Assembly: GCA_964016885.1 (NCBI GenBank) | Contig: CAXHJY010001758.1 | Span: 1 to 64,000 of the forward strand | DNA from: Eledone cirrhosa | Lineage: Eukaryota | Length of the DNA stretch: 64,000 bases | Direction of reading: 5' to 3' | Part shown: positions 39,501-54,300 of the stretch, piece by piece | Numbering within the stretch: position 1 is the stretch's first letter | Layout of the letters: each line of letters begins with the position of its first letter | The notes under the pieces: model-generated | What the model was told of the DNA's origin: nothing | Seen by the model: the letters and a program-made list of their open reading frames with translations, nothing else | Database searches by the model: none | Translations under genes and position numbers: made by a program

Positions 39501-42500
39501 AGTAATTACAGATCGATCCGACCACGGGCGGCCGGCCCGCGATTGAAAAGGTAACTCCGCCGGCAAATCGTCATTTTTGGATTCGTTTTCTTCGAAGCAC
39601 ACCATTCGCCGGCGGACTTTGTTGACGTTTAACACGGTTTGGTTCCACAGCCACAACTATTGAATTTACGGAGAAATCTTGCTGAAATTCACGCCACACA
39701 TAGCCAATGAGTGTCTGCACATGTACCAGTAATTACAGATCGATCCGACCACGGGCGGCCGGCCCGCGATTGAAAAGGTAACTCCGCCGGCAAATCGTCA
39801 TTTTTGGATTCGTTTTCTTCGAAGCACACCATTCGCCGGCGGACTTTGTTGACGTTTAACACGGTTTGGTTCCACAGCCACAACTATTGATTTTACGGAG
39901 ATATCTTGCTGAAATTCACGCCGCACATAGCCAATGAGTGTCTGCACATGTACCAGTAATTACAGATCGATCCGACCACGGGCGGCCGGCCCGCGATTGA
40001 AAAGGTAACTCCGCCGGCAAATCGTCATTTTTGGATTCGTTTTCTTCGAAGCACACCATTCGCCGGCGGACTTTGTTGACGTTTAACACGGTTTGGTTCC
40101 ACAGCCACAACTATTGATTTTACGGAGATATCTTGCTGAGATTCACGCCGCACATAGCCAATGAGTGTCTGCACATGTACCAGTAATTACAGATCGATCC
40201 GACCACGGGCGGCCGGCCCGCGATTGAAAAGGTAACTCCGCCGGCAAATCGTCATTTTTGGATTCGTTTTCTTCGAAGCACACCATTCGCCGGCGGACTT
40301 TGTTGACGTTTAACACGGTTTGGTTCCACAGCCACAACTATTGATTTTACGGAGATATCTTGCTGAAATTCACGCCGCACATAGCCAATGAGTGTCTGCA
40401 CATGTACCAGTAATTACAGATCGATCCGACCACGGGCGGCCGGCCCGCGATTGAAAAGGTAACTCCGCCGGCAAATCGTCATTTTTGGATTCGTTTTCTT
40501 CGAAGCACACCATTCGCCGGCGGACTTTGTTGACGTTTAACACGGTTTGGTTCCACAGCCACAACTATTGAATTTACGGGATATCTTGCTGAAATTCACG
40601 CCACACATAGCCAATGAGTGTCTGCACATGTACCAGTAATTACAGATCGATCCCACCACGGGCGGCCGGCCCGCGATTGAAAAGGTAACTCCGCCGGCAA
40701 ATCGTCATTTTTCGATTCGTTTTCTTCGAAGCACACCATTCGCCGGCGGACTTTGTTGACGTTTAACACGGTTTGGTTCCACAGCCACAACTATTGATGT
40801 TACGGAGATATCTTGCTGGAATTCACGCCGCACATAGCCAATGAGTGTCTGCACATGTACCAGTAATTACAGATCGATCCGACCACGGGCGGCCGGCCCG
40901 CGATTTTAAAGGTAACTCCGCCGGCAAATCGTCATTTTTGGATTCGTTTTCTTCGAAGCACACCATTCGCCGGCGGACTTTGTTGACGTTTAACACGGTT
41001 TGGTTCCACAGCCACAACTATTGATTTTACGGAGATATCTTGCTGAAATTCACGCCGCACATAGCCAATGAGTGTCTGCACATGTACCAGTAATTACAGA
41101 TCGATCCGACCACGGGCGGCCGGCCCGCGATTGAAAAGGTAACTCCGCCGGCAAATCGTCATTTTTGGATTCGTTTTCTTCGAAGCACACCATTCGCCGG
41201 CGGACTTTGTTGACGTTTAACACGGTTTGGTTCCACAGCCACAACTATTGAATTTACGGAGATATCTTGCTGAAATTCACGCCACACATAGCCAATGAGT
41301 GTCTGCACATGTACCAGTAATTACAGATCGATCCGACCACGGGCGGCCGGCCCGCGATTGAAAAGGTAACTCCGCCGGCAAATCGTCATTTTTGGATTCG
41401 TTTTCTTCGAAACACACCATTCGCCGGCGGACTTTGTTGACGTTTAACACGGTTTGGTTCCACAGCCACAACTATTGATGTTACGGAGATATCTTGCTGG
41501 AATTCACGCCGCACATAGCCAATGAGTGTCTACACATGTACCAGTAATTACAGATCGATCCGACCACGGGCGGCCGGCCCGCGATTTTAAAGGTAACTCC
41601 GCCGGCAAATCGTCATTTTTGGATTCGTTTTCTTCGAAGCACACCATTCGCCGGCGGACTTTGTTGACGTTTAACACGGTTTGGTTCCACAGCCACAACT
41701 ATTGATTTTACGGAGATATCTTGCTGAAATTCACGCCGCACATAGCCAATGAGTGTCTGCACATGTACCAGTAATTACAGATCGATCCGACCACGGGCGG
41801 CCGGCCCGCGATTGAAAAGGTAACTCCGCCGGCAAATCGTCATTTTTGGATTCGTTTTCTTCGAAGCACACCATTCGCCGGCGGACTTTGTTGACGTTTA
41901 ACACGGTTTGGTTCCACAGCCACAACTATTGATTTTACGGAGATATCTTGCTGAAATTCACGCCGCACATAGCCAATGAGTGTCTGCACATGTACCAGTA
42001 ATTACAGATCGATCCGACCACGGGCGGCCGGCCCGCGATTGAAAAGGTAACTCCGCCGGCAAATCGTCATTTTTGGATTCGTTTTCTTCGAAGCACACCA
42101 TTCGCCGGCGGACTTTGTTGACGTTTAACACGGTTTGGTTCCACAGCCACAACTATTGAATTTACGGAGATATCTTGCTGAAATTCACGCCACACATAGC
42201 CAATGAGTGTCTGCACATGTACCAGTAATTACAGATCGATCCGACCACGGGCGGCCGGCCCGCGATTGAAAAGGTAACTCCGCCGGCAAATCGTCATTTT
42301 TGGATTCGTTTTCTTCGAAGCACACCATTCGCCGGCGGACTTTGTTGACGTTTAACACGGTTTGGTTCCACAGCCACAACTATTGATGTTACGGAGATAT
42401 CTTGCTGGAATTCACGCCGCACATAGCCAATGAGTGTCTGCACATGTACCAGTAATTACAGATCGATCCGACCACGGGCGGCCGGCCCGCGATTTTAAAG

Positions 42501-45500
42501 GTAACTCCGCCGGCAAATCGTCATTTTTGGATTCGTTTTCTTCGAAGCACACCATTCGCCGGCGGACTTTGTTGACGTTTAACACGGTTTGGTTCCACAG
42601 CCACAACTATTGAATTTACGGAGATATCTTGCTGAAATTCACGCCACACATAGCCAATGAGTGTCTGCACATGTACCAGTAATTACAGATCGATCCGACC
42701 ACGGGCGGCCGGCCCGCGATTGAAAAGGTAACTCCGCCGGCAAATCGTCATTTTTGGATTCGTTTTCTTCGAAACACACCATTCGCCGGCGGACTTTGTT
42801 GACGTTTAACACGGTTTGGTTCCACAGCCACAACTATTGATGTTACGGAGATATCTTGCTGGAATTCACGCCGCACATAGCCAATGAGTGTCTACACATG
42901 TACCAGTAATTACAGATCGATCCGACCACGGGCGGCCGGCCCGCGATTTTAAAGGTAACTCCGCCGGCAAATCGTCATTTTTGGATTCGTTTTCTTCGAA
43001 GCACACCATTCGCCGGCGGACTTTGTTGACGTTTAACACGGTTTGGTTCCACAGCCACAACTATTGATTTTACGGAGATATCTTGCTGAAATTCACGCCG
43101 CACATAGCCAATGAGTGTCTGCACATGTACCAGTAATTACAGATCGATCCGACCACGGGCGGCCGGCCCGCGATTGAAAAGGTAACTCCGCCGGCAAATC
43201 GTCATTTTTGGATTCGTTTTCTTCGAAGCACACCATTCGCCGGCGGACTTTGTTGACGTTTAACACGGTTTGGTTCCACAGCCACAACTATTGAATTTAC
43301 GGAGATATCTTGCTGAAATTCACGCCACACATAGCCAATGAGTGTCTGCACATGTACCAGTAATTACAGATCGATCCGACCACGGGCGGCCGGCCCGCGA
43401 TTGAAAAGGTAACTCCGCCGGCAAATCGTCATTTTTGGATTCGTTTTCTTCGAAGCACACCATTCGCCGGCGGACTTTGTTGACGTTTAACACGGTTTGG
43501 TTCCACAGCCACAACTATTGATTTTACGGAGATATCTTGCTGAAATTCACGCCACACATAGCCAATGAGTGTCTGCACATGTACCAGTAATTACAGATCG
43601 ATCCGACCACGGGCGGCCGGCCCGCGATTGAAAAGGTAACTCCGCCGGCAAATCGTCATTTTTGGATTCGTTTTCTTCGAAGCACACCATTCGCCGGCGG
43701 ACTTTGTTGACGTTTAACACGGTTTGGTTCCACAGCCACAACTATTGATTTTACGGAGATATCTTGCTGAAATTCACGCCGCACATAGCCAATGAGTGTC
43801 TGCACATGTACCAGTAATTACAGATCGATCCGACCACGGGCGGCCGGCCCGCGATTGAAAAGGTAACTCCGCCGGCAAATCGTCATTTTTGGATTCGTTT
43901 TCTTCGAAGCACACCATTCGCCGGCGGACTTTGTTGACGTTTAACACGGTTTGGTTCCACAGCCACAACTATTGAATTTACGGAGATATCTTGCTGAAAT
44001 TCACGCCACACATAGCCAATGAGTGTCTGCACATGTACCAGTAATTACAGATCGATCCGACCACGGGCGGCCGGCCCGCGATTGAAAAGGTAACTCCGCC
44101 GGCAAATCGTCATTTTTGGATTCGTTTTCTTCGAAGCACACCATTCGCCGGCGGACTTTGTTGACGTTTAACACGGTTTGGTTCCACAGCCACAACTATT
44201 GATTTTACGGAGATATCTTGCTGAAATTCACGCCGCACATAGCCAATGAGTGTCTGCACATGTACCAGTAATTACAGATCGATCCGACCACGGGCGGCCG
44301 GCCCGCGATTGAAAAGGTAACTCCGCCGGCAAATCGTCATTTTTGGATTCGTTTTCTTCGAAGCACACCATTCGCCGGCGGACTTTGTTGACGTTTAACA
44401 CGGTTTGGTTCCACAGCCACAACTATTGAATTTACGGAGATATCTTGCTGAAATTCACGCCACACATAGCCAATGAGTGTCTGCACATGTACCAGTAATT
44501 ACAGATCGATCCGACCACGGGCGGCCGGCCCGCGATTGAAAAGGTAACTCCGCCGGCAAATCGTCATTTTTGGATTCGTTTTCTTCGAAGCACACCATTC
44601 GCCGGCGGACTTTGTTGACGTTTAACACGGTTTGGTTCCACAGCCACAACTATTGATGTTACGGAGATATCTTGCTGGAATTCACGCCGCACATAGCCAA
44701 TGAGTGTCTGCACATGTACCAGTAATTACAGATCGATCCGACCACGGGCGGCCGACCCGCGATTTTAAAGGTAACTCCGCCGGCAAATCGTCATTTTTGG
44801 ATTCGTTTTCTTCGAAGCACACCATTCGCCGGCGGACTTTGTTGACGTTTAACACGGTTTGGTTCCACAGCCACAACTATTGATTTTACGGAGATATCTT
44901 GCTGAAATTCACGCCGCACATAGCCAATGAGTGTCTGCACATGTACCAGTAATTACAGATCGATCCGACCACGGGCGGCCGGCCCGCGATTGAAAAGGTA
45001 ACTCCGCCGGCAAATCGTCATTTTTGGATTCGTTTTCTTCGAAGCACACCATTCGCCGGCGGACTTTGTTGACGTTTAACACGGTTTGGTTCCACAGCCA
45101 CAACTATTGAATTTACGGAGATATCTTGCTGAAATTCACGCCACACATAGCCAATGAGTGTCTGCACATGTACCAGTAATTACAGATCGATCCGACCACG
45201 GGCGGCCGGCCCGCGATTGAAAAGGTAACTCCGCCGGCAAATCGTCATTTTTGGATTCGTTTTCTTCGAAACACACCATTCGCCGGCGGACTTTGTTGAC
45301 GTTTAACACGGTTTGGTTCCACAGCCACAACTATTGATGTTACGGAGATATCTTGCTGGAATTCACGCCGCACATAGCCAATGAGTGTCTACACATGTAC
45401 CAGTAATTACAGATCGATCCGACCACGGGCGGCCGGCCCGCGATTTTAAAGGTAACTCCGCCGGCAAATCGTCATTTTTGGATTCGTTTTCTTCGAAGCA

Positions 45501-48313
45501 CACCATTCGCCGGCGGACTTTGTTGACGTTTAACACGGTTTGGTTCCACAGCCACAACTATTGATTTTACGGAGATATCTTGCTGAAATTCACGCCGCAC
45601 ATAGCCAATGAGTGTCTGCACATGTACCAGTAATTACAGATCGATCCGACCACGGGCGGCCGGCCCGCGATTGAAAAGGTAACTCCGCCGGCAAATCGTC
45701 ATTTTTGGATTCGTTTTCTTCGAAGCACACCATTCGCCGGCGGACTTTGTTGACGTTTAACACGGTTTGGTTCCACAGCCACAACTATTGAATTTACGGA
45801 GATATCTTGCTGAAATTCACGCCACACATAGCCAATGAGTGTCTGCACATGTACCAGTAATTACAGATCGATCCGACCACGGGCGGCCGGCCCGCGATTG
45901 AAAAGGTAACTCCGCCGGCAAATCGTCATTTTTGGATTCGTTTTCTTCGAAACACACCATTCGCCGGCGGACTTTGTTGACGTTTAACACGGTTTGGTTC
46001 CACAGCCACAACTATTGATGTTACGGAGATATCTTGCTGGAATTCACGCCGCACATAGCCAATGAGTGTCTACACATGTACCAGTAATTACAGATCGATC
46101 CGACCACGGGCGGCCGGCCCGCGATTTTAAAGGTAACTCCGCCGGCAAATCGTCATTTTTGGATTCGTTTTCTTCGAAGCACACCATTCGCCGGCGGACT
46201 TTGTTGACGTTTAACACGGTTTGGTTCCACAGCCACAACTATTGATTTTACGGAGATATCTTGCTGAAATTCACGCCGCACATAGCCAATGAGTGTCTGC
46301 ACATGTACCAGTAATTACAGATCGATCCGACCACGGGCGGCCGGCCCGCGATTGAAAAGGTAACTCCGCCGGCAAATCGTCATTTTTGGATTCGTTTTCT
46401 TCGAAGCACACCATTCGCCGGCGGACTTTGTTGACGTTTAACACGGTTTGGTTCCACAGCCACAACTATTGAATTTACGGAGATATCTTGCTGAAATTCA
46501 CGCCACACATAGCCAATGAGTGTCTGCACATGTACCAGTAATTACAGATCGATCCGACCACGGGCGGCCGGCCCGCGATTGAAAAGGTAACTCCGCCGGC
46601 AAATCGTCATTTTTGGATTCGTTTTCTTCGAAGCACACCATTCGCCGGCGGACTTTGTTGACGTTTAACACGGTTTGGTTCCACAGCCACAACTATTGAT
46701 GTTACGGAGATATCTTGCTGGAATTCACGCCGCACATAGCCAATGAGTGTCTGCACATGTACCAGTAATTACAGATCGATCCGACCACGGGCGGCCGACC
46801 CGCGATTTTAAAGGTAACTCCGCCGGCAAATCGTCATTTTTGGATTCGTTTTCTTCGAAGCACACCATTCGCCGGCGGACTTTGTTGACGTTTAACACGG
46901 TTTGGTTCCACAGCCACAACTATTGATTTTACGGAGATATCTTGCTGAAATTCACGCCGCACATAGCCAATGAGTGTCTGCACATGTACCAGTAATTACA
47001 GATCGATCCGACCACGGGCGGCCGGCCCGCGATTGAAAAGGTAACTCCGCCGGCAAATCGTCATTTTTGGATTCGTTTTCTTCGAAGCACACCATTCGCC
47101 GGCGGACTTTGTTGACGTTTAACACGGTTTGGTTCCACAGCCACAACTATTGAATTTACGGAGATATCTTGCTGAAATTCACGCCACACATAGCCAATGA
47201 GTGTCTGCACATGTACCAGTAATTACAGATCGATCCGACCACGGGCGGCCGGCCCGCGATTGAAAAGGTAACTCCGCCGGCAAATCGTCATTTTTGGATT
47301 CGTTTTCTTCGAAACACACCATTCGCCGGCGGACTTTGTTGACGTTTAACACGGTTTGGTTCCACAGCCACAACTATTGATGTTACGGAGATATCTTGCT
47401 GGAATTCACGCCGCACATAGCCAATGAGTGTCTACACATGTACCAGTAATTACAGATCGATCCGACCACGGGCGGCCGGCCCGCGATTTTAAAGGTAACT
47501 CCGCCGGCAAATCGTCATTTTTGGATTCGTTTTCTTCGAAGCACACCATTCGCCGGCGGACTTTGTTGACGTTTAACACGGTTTGGTTCCACAGCCACAA
47601 CTATTGATTTTACGGAGATATCTTGCTGAAATTCACGCCGCACATAGCCAATGAGTGTCTGCACATGTACCAGTAATTACAGATCGATCCGACCACGGGC
47701 GGCCGGCCCGCGATTGAAAAGGTAACTCCGCCGGCAAATCGTCATTTTTGGATTCGTTTTCTTCGAAGCACACCATTCGCCGGCGGACTTTGTTGACGTT
47801 TAACACGGTTTGGTTCCACAGCCACAACTATTGAATTTACGGAGATATCTTGCTGAAATTCACGCCACACATAGCCAATGAGTGTCTGCACATGTACCAG
47901 TAATTACAGATCGATCCGACCACGGGCGGCCGGCCCGCGATTGAAAAGGTAACTCCGCCGGCAAATCGTCATTTTTGGATTCGTTTTCTTCGAAGCACAC
48001 CATTCGCCGGCGGACTTTGTTGACGTTTAACACGGTTTGGTTCCACAGCCACAACTATTGATTTTACGGAGATATCTTGCTGAAATTCACGCCACACATA
48101 GCCAATGAGTGTCTGCACATGTACCAGTAATTACAGATCGATCCGACCACGGGCGGCCGGCCCGCGATTGAAAAGGTAACTCCGCCGGCAAATCGTCATT
48201 TTTGGATTCGTTTTCTTCGAAGCACACCATTCGCCGGCGGACTTTGTTGACGTTTAACACGGTTTGGTTCCACAGCCACAACTATTGATTTTACGGAGAT
48301 ATCTTGCTGAAAT
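33560..48313. repeat. HOR layer C: irregular 8/10/19-mer blocks grading into 3-mer/9-mer periodicity
   Basis: The LK-FQ-LK(CVD) monomer triplet ends with the monomers at 34468, 36284, 38554 and 42866. LK monomers fall every 681 bp from 44682 to 47406, and LK+ggccgaccc occurs at 44682 and 46725 (2043 bp apart). Zone boundaries are approximate. Confidence 0.7.
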
Positions 48314-51300
48314 TCACGCCGCACATAGCCAATGAGTGTCTGCACATGTACCAGTAATTACAGATCGATCCGACCACGGGCGGCCGGCCCGCGATTGAAA
48401 AGGTAACTCCGCCGGCAAATCGTCATTTTTGGATTCGTTTTCTTCGAAGCACACCATTCGCCGGCGGACTTTGTTGACGTTTAACACGGTTTGGTTCCAC
48501 AGCCACAACTATTGAATTTACGGAGATATCTTGCTGAAATTCACGCCACACATAGCCAATGAGTGTCTGCACATGTACCAGTAATTACAGATCGATCCGA
48601 CCACGGGCGGCCGGCCCGCGATTGAAAAGGTAACTCCGCCGGCAAATCGTCATTTTTGGATTCGTTTTCTTCGAAGCACACCATTCGCCGGCGGACTTTG
48701 TTGACGTTTAACACGGTTTGGTTCCACAGCCACAACTATTGATGTTACGGAGATATCTTGCTGGAATTCACGCCGCACATAGCCAATGAGTGTCTGCACA
48801 TGTACCAGTAATTACAGATCGATCCGACCACGGGCGGCCGGCCCGCGATTTTAAAGGTAACTCCGCCGGCAAATCGTCATTTTTGGATTCGTTTTCTTCG
48901 AAGCACACCATTCGCCGGCGGACTTTGTTGACGTTTAACACGGTTTGGTTCCACAGCCACAACTATTGATTCTACGGAGATATCTTGCTGAAATTCACGC
49001 CGCACATAGCCAATGAGTGTCTGCACATGTACCAGTAATTACAGATCGATCCGACCACGGGCGGCCGGCCCGCGATTGAAAAGGTAACTCCGCCGGCAAA
49101 TCGTCATTTTTGGATTCGTTTTCTTCGAAACACACCATTCGCCGGCGGACTTTGTTGACGTTTAACACGGTTTGGTTCCACAGCCACAACTATTGATGTT
49201 ACGGAGATATCTTGCTGGAATTCACGCCGCACATAGCCAATGAGTGTCTACACATGTACCAGTAATTACAGATCGATCCGACCACGGGCGGCCGGCCCGC
49301 GATTTTAAAGGTAACTCCGCCGGCAAATCGTCATTTTTGGATTCGTTTTCTTCGAAGCACACCATTCGCCGGCGGACTTTGTTGACGTTTAACACGGTTT
49401 GGTTCCACAGCCACAACTATTGATTTTACGGAGATATCTTGCTGAAATTCACGCCACACATAGCCAATGAGTGTCTGCACATGTACCAGTAATTACAGAT
49501 CGATCCGACCACGGGCGGCCGGCCCGCGATTGAAAAGGTAACTCCGCCGGCAAATCGTCATTTTTGGATTCGTTTTCTTCGAAGCACACCATTCGCCGGC
49601 GGACTTTGTTGACGTTTAACACGGTTTGGTTCCACAGCCACAACTATTGATTTTACGGAGATATCTTGCTGAAATTCACGCCGCACATAGCCAATGAGTG
49701 TCTGCACATGTACCAGTAATTACAGATCGATCCGACCACGGGCGGCCGGCCCGCGATTGAAAAGGTAACTCCGCCGGCAAATCGTCATTTTTGGATTCGT
49801 TTTCTTCGAAGCACACCATTCGCCGGCGGACTTTGTTGACGTTTAACACGGTTTGGTTCCACAGCCACAACTATTGAATTTACGGAGATATCTTGCTGAA
49901 ATTCACGCCACACATAGCCAATGAGTGTCTGCACATGTACCAGTAATTACAGATCGATCCGACCACGGGCGGCCGGCCCGCGATTGAAAAGGTAACTCCG
50001 CCGGCAAATCGTCATTTTTGGATTCGTTTTCTTCGAAGCACACCATTCGCCGGCGGACTTTGTTGACGTTTAACACGGTTTGGTTCCACAGCCACAACTA
50101 TTGATGTTACGGAGATATCTTGCTGGAATTCACGCCGCACATAGCCAATGAGTGTCTGCACATGTACCAGTAATTACAGATCGATCCGACCACGGGCGGC
50201 CGGCCCGCGATTTTAAAGGTAACTCCGCCGGCAAATCGTCATTTTTGGATTCGTTTTCTTCGAAGCACACCATTCGCCGGCGGACTTTGTTGACGTTTAA
50301 CACGGTTTGGTTCCACAGCCACAACTATTGATTCTACGGAGATATCTTGCTGAAATTCACGCCGCACATAGCCAATGAGTGTCTGCACATGTACCAGTAA
50401 TTACAGATCGATCCGACCACGGGCGGCCGGCCCGCGATTGAAAAGGTAACTCCGCCGGCAAATCGTCATTTTTGGATTCGTTTTCTTCGAAGCACACCAT
50501 TCGCCGGCGGACTTTGTTGACGTTTAACACGGTTTGGTTCCACAGCCACAACTATTGAATTTACGGAGATATCTTGCTGAAATTCACGCCACACATAGCC
50601 AATGAGTGTCTGCACATGTACCAGTAATTACAGATCGATCCGACCACGGGCGGCCGGCCCGCGATTGAAAAGGTAACTCCGCCGGCAAATCGTCATTTTT
50701 GGATTCGTTTTCTTCGAAGCACACCATTCGCCGGCGGACTTTGTTGACGTTTAACACGGTTTGGTTCCACAGCCACAACTATTGATGTTACGGAGATATC
50801 TTGCTGGAATTCACGCCGCACATAGCCAATGAATGTCTGCACATGTACCAGTAATTACAGATCGATCCGACCACGGGCGGCCGGCCCGCGATTTTAAAGG
50901 TAACTCCGCCGGCAAATCGTCATTTTTGGATTCGTTTTCTTCGAAGCACACCATTCGCCGGCGGACTTTGTTGACGTTTAACACGGTTTGGTTCCACAGC
51001 CACAACTATTGAATTTACGGAGATATCTTGCTGAAATTCACGCCACACATAGCCAATGAGTGTCTGCACATGTACCAGTAATTACAGATCGATCCGACCA
51101 CGGGCGGCCGGCCCGCGATTGAAAAGGTAACTCCGCCGGCAAATCGTCATTTTTGGATTCGTTTTCTTCGAAACACACCATTCGCCGGCGGACTTTGTTG
51201 ACGTTTAACACGGTTTGGTTCCACAGCCACAACTATTGATGTTACGGAGATATCTTGCTGGAATTCACGCCGCACATAGCCAATGAGTGTCTACACATGT

Positions 51301-54300
51301 ACCAGTAATTACAGATCGATCCGACCACGGGCGGCCGGCCCGCGATTTTAAAGGTAACTCCGCCGGCAAATCGTCATTTTTGGATTCGTTTTCTTCGAAG
51401 CACACCATTCGCCGGCGGACTTTGTTGACGTTTAACACGGTTTGGTTCCACAGCCACAACTATTGATTTTACGGAGATATCTTGCTGAAATTCACGCCAC
51501 ACATAGCCAATGAGTGTCTGCACATGTACCAGTAATTACAGATCGATCCGACCACGGGCGGCCGGCCCGCGATTGAAAAGGTAACTCCGCCGGCAAATCG
51601 TCATTTTTGGATTCGTTTTCTTCGAAGCACACCATTCGCCGGCGGACTTTGTTGACGTTTAACACGGTTTGGTTCCACAGCCACAACTATTGATTTTACG
51701 GAGATATCTTGCTGAAATTCACGCCGCACATAGCCAATGAGTGTCTGCACATGTACCAGTAATTACAGATCGATCCGACCACGGGCGGCCGGCCCGCGAT
51801 TGAAAAGGTAACTCCGCCGGCAAATCGTCATTTTTGGATTCGTTTTCTTCGAAGCACACCATTCGCCGGCGGACTTTGTTGACGTTTAACACGGTTTGGT
51901 TCCACAGCCACAACTATTGAATTTACGGAGATATCTTGCTGAAATTCACGCCACACATAGCCAATGAGTGTCTGCACATGTACCAGTAATTACAGATCGA
52001 TCCGACCACGGGCGGCCGGCCCGCGATTGAAAAGGTAACTCCGCCGGCAAATCGTCATTTTTGGATTCGTTTTCTTCGAAGCACACCATTCGCCGGCGGA
52101 CTTTGTTGACGTTTAACACGGTTTGGTTCCACAGCCACAACTATTGATGTTACGGAGATATCTTGCTGGAATTCACGCCGCACATAGCCAATGAGTGTCT
52201 GCACATGTACCAGTAATTACAGATCGATCCGACCACGGGCGGCCGGCCCGCGATTTTAAAGGTAACTCCGCCGGCAAATCGTCATTTTTGGATTCGTTTT
52301 CTTCGAAGCACACCATTCGCCGGCGGACTTTGTTGACGTTTAACACGGTTTGGTTCCACAGCCACAACTATTGATTCTACGGAGATATCTTGCTGAAATT
52401 CACGCCGCACATAGCCAATGAGTGTCTGCACATGTACCAGTAATTACAGATCGATCCGACCACGGGCGGCCGGCCCGCGATTGAAAAGGTAACTCCGCCG
52501 GCAAATCGTCATTTTTGGATTCGTTTTCTTCGAAGCACACCATTCGCCGGCGGACTTTGTTGACGTTTAACACGGTTTGGTTCCACAGCCACAACTATTG
52601 AATTTACGGAGATATCTTGCTGAAATTCACGCCACACATAGCCAATGAGTGTCTGCACATGTACCAGTAATTACAGATCGATCCGACCACGGGCGGCCGG
52701 CCCGCGATTGAAAAGGTAACTCCGCCGGCAAATCGTCATTTTTGGATTCGTTTTCTTCGAAGCACACCATTCGCCGGCGGACTTTGTTGACGTTTAACAC
52801 GGTTTGGTTCCACAGCCACAACTATTGATGTTACGGAGATATCTTGCTGGAATTCACGCCGCACATAGCCAATGAATGTCTGCACATGTACCAGTAATTA
52901 CAGATCGATCCGACCACGGGCGGCCGGCCCGCGATTTTAAAGGTAACTCCGCCGGCAAATCGTCATTTTTGGATTCGTTTTCTTCGAAGCACACCATTCG
53001 CCGGCGGACTTTGTTGACGTTTAACACGGTTTGGTTCCACAGCCACAACTATTGAATTTACGGAGATATCTTGCTGAAATTCACGCCACACATAGCCAAT
53101 GAGTGTCTGCATATGTACCAGTAATTACAGATCGATCCGACCACGGGCGGCCGGCCCGCGATTGAAAAGGTAACTCCGCCGGCAAATCGTCATTTTTGGA
53201 TTCGTTTTCTTCGAAGCACACCATTCGCCGGCGGACTTTGTTGACGTTTAACACGGTTTGGTTCCACAGCCACAACTATTGATTTTACGGAGATATCTTG
53301 CTGAAATTCACGCCACACATAGCCAATGAGTGTCTGCACATGTACCAGTAATTACAGATCGATCCGACCACGGGCGGCCGGCCCGCGATTGAAAAGGTAA
53401 CTCCGCCGGCAAATCGTCATTTTTGGATTCGTTTTCTTCGAAGCACACCATTCGCCGGCGGACTTTGTTGACGTTTAACACGGTTTGGTTCCACAGCCAC
53501 AACTATTGAATTTACGGAGATATCTTGCTGAAATTCACGCCACACATAGCCAATGAGTGTCTGCACATGTACCAGTAATTACAGATCGATCCGACCACGG
53601 GCGGCCGGCCCGCGATTTTAAAGGTAACTCCGCCGGCAAATCGTCATTTTTGGATTCGTTTTCTTCGAAGCACACCATTCGCCGGCGGACTTTGTTGACG
53701 TTTAACACGGTTTGGTTCCACAGCCACAACTATTGATTCTACGGAGATATCTTGCTGAAATTCACGCCGCACATAGCCAATGAGTGTCTGCACATGTACC
53801 AGTAATTACAGATCGATCCGACCACGGGCGGCCGGCCCGCGATTGAAAAGGTAACTCCGCCGGCAAATCGTCATTTTTGGATTCGTTTTCTTCGAAGCAC
53901 ACCATTCGCCGGCGGACTTTGTTGACGTTTAACACGGTTTGGTTCCACAGCCACAACTATTGAATTTACGGAGATATCTTGCTGAAATTCACGCCACACA
54001 TAGCCAATGAGTGTCTGCATATGTACCAGTAATTACAGATCGATCCGACCACGGGCGGCCGGCCCGCGATTGAAAAGGTAACTCCGCCGGCAAATCGTCA
54101 TTTTTGGATTCGTTTTCTTCGAAGCACACCATTCGCCGGCGGACTTTGTTGACGTTTAACACGGTTTGGTTCCACAGCCACAACTATTGATTTTACGGAG
54201 ATATCTTGCTGAAATTCACGCCACACATAGCCAATGAGTGTCTGCACATGTACCAGTAATTACAGATCGATCCGACCACGGGCGGCCGGCCCGCGATTGA

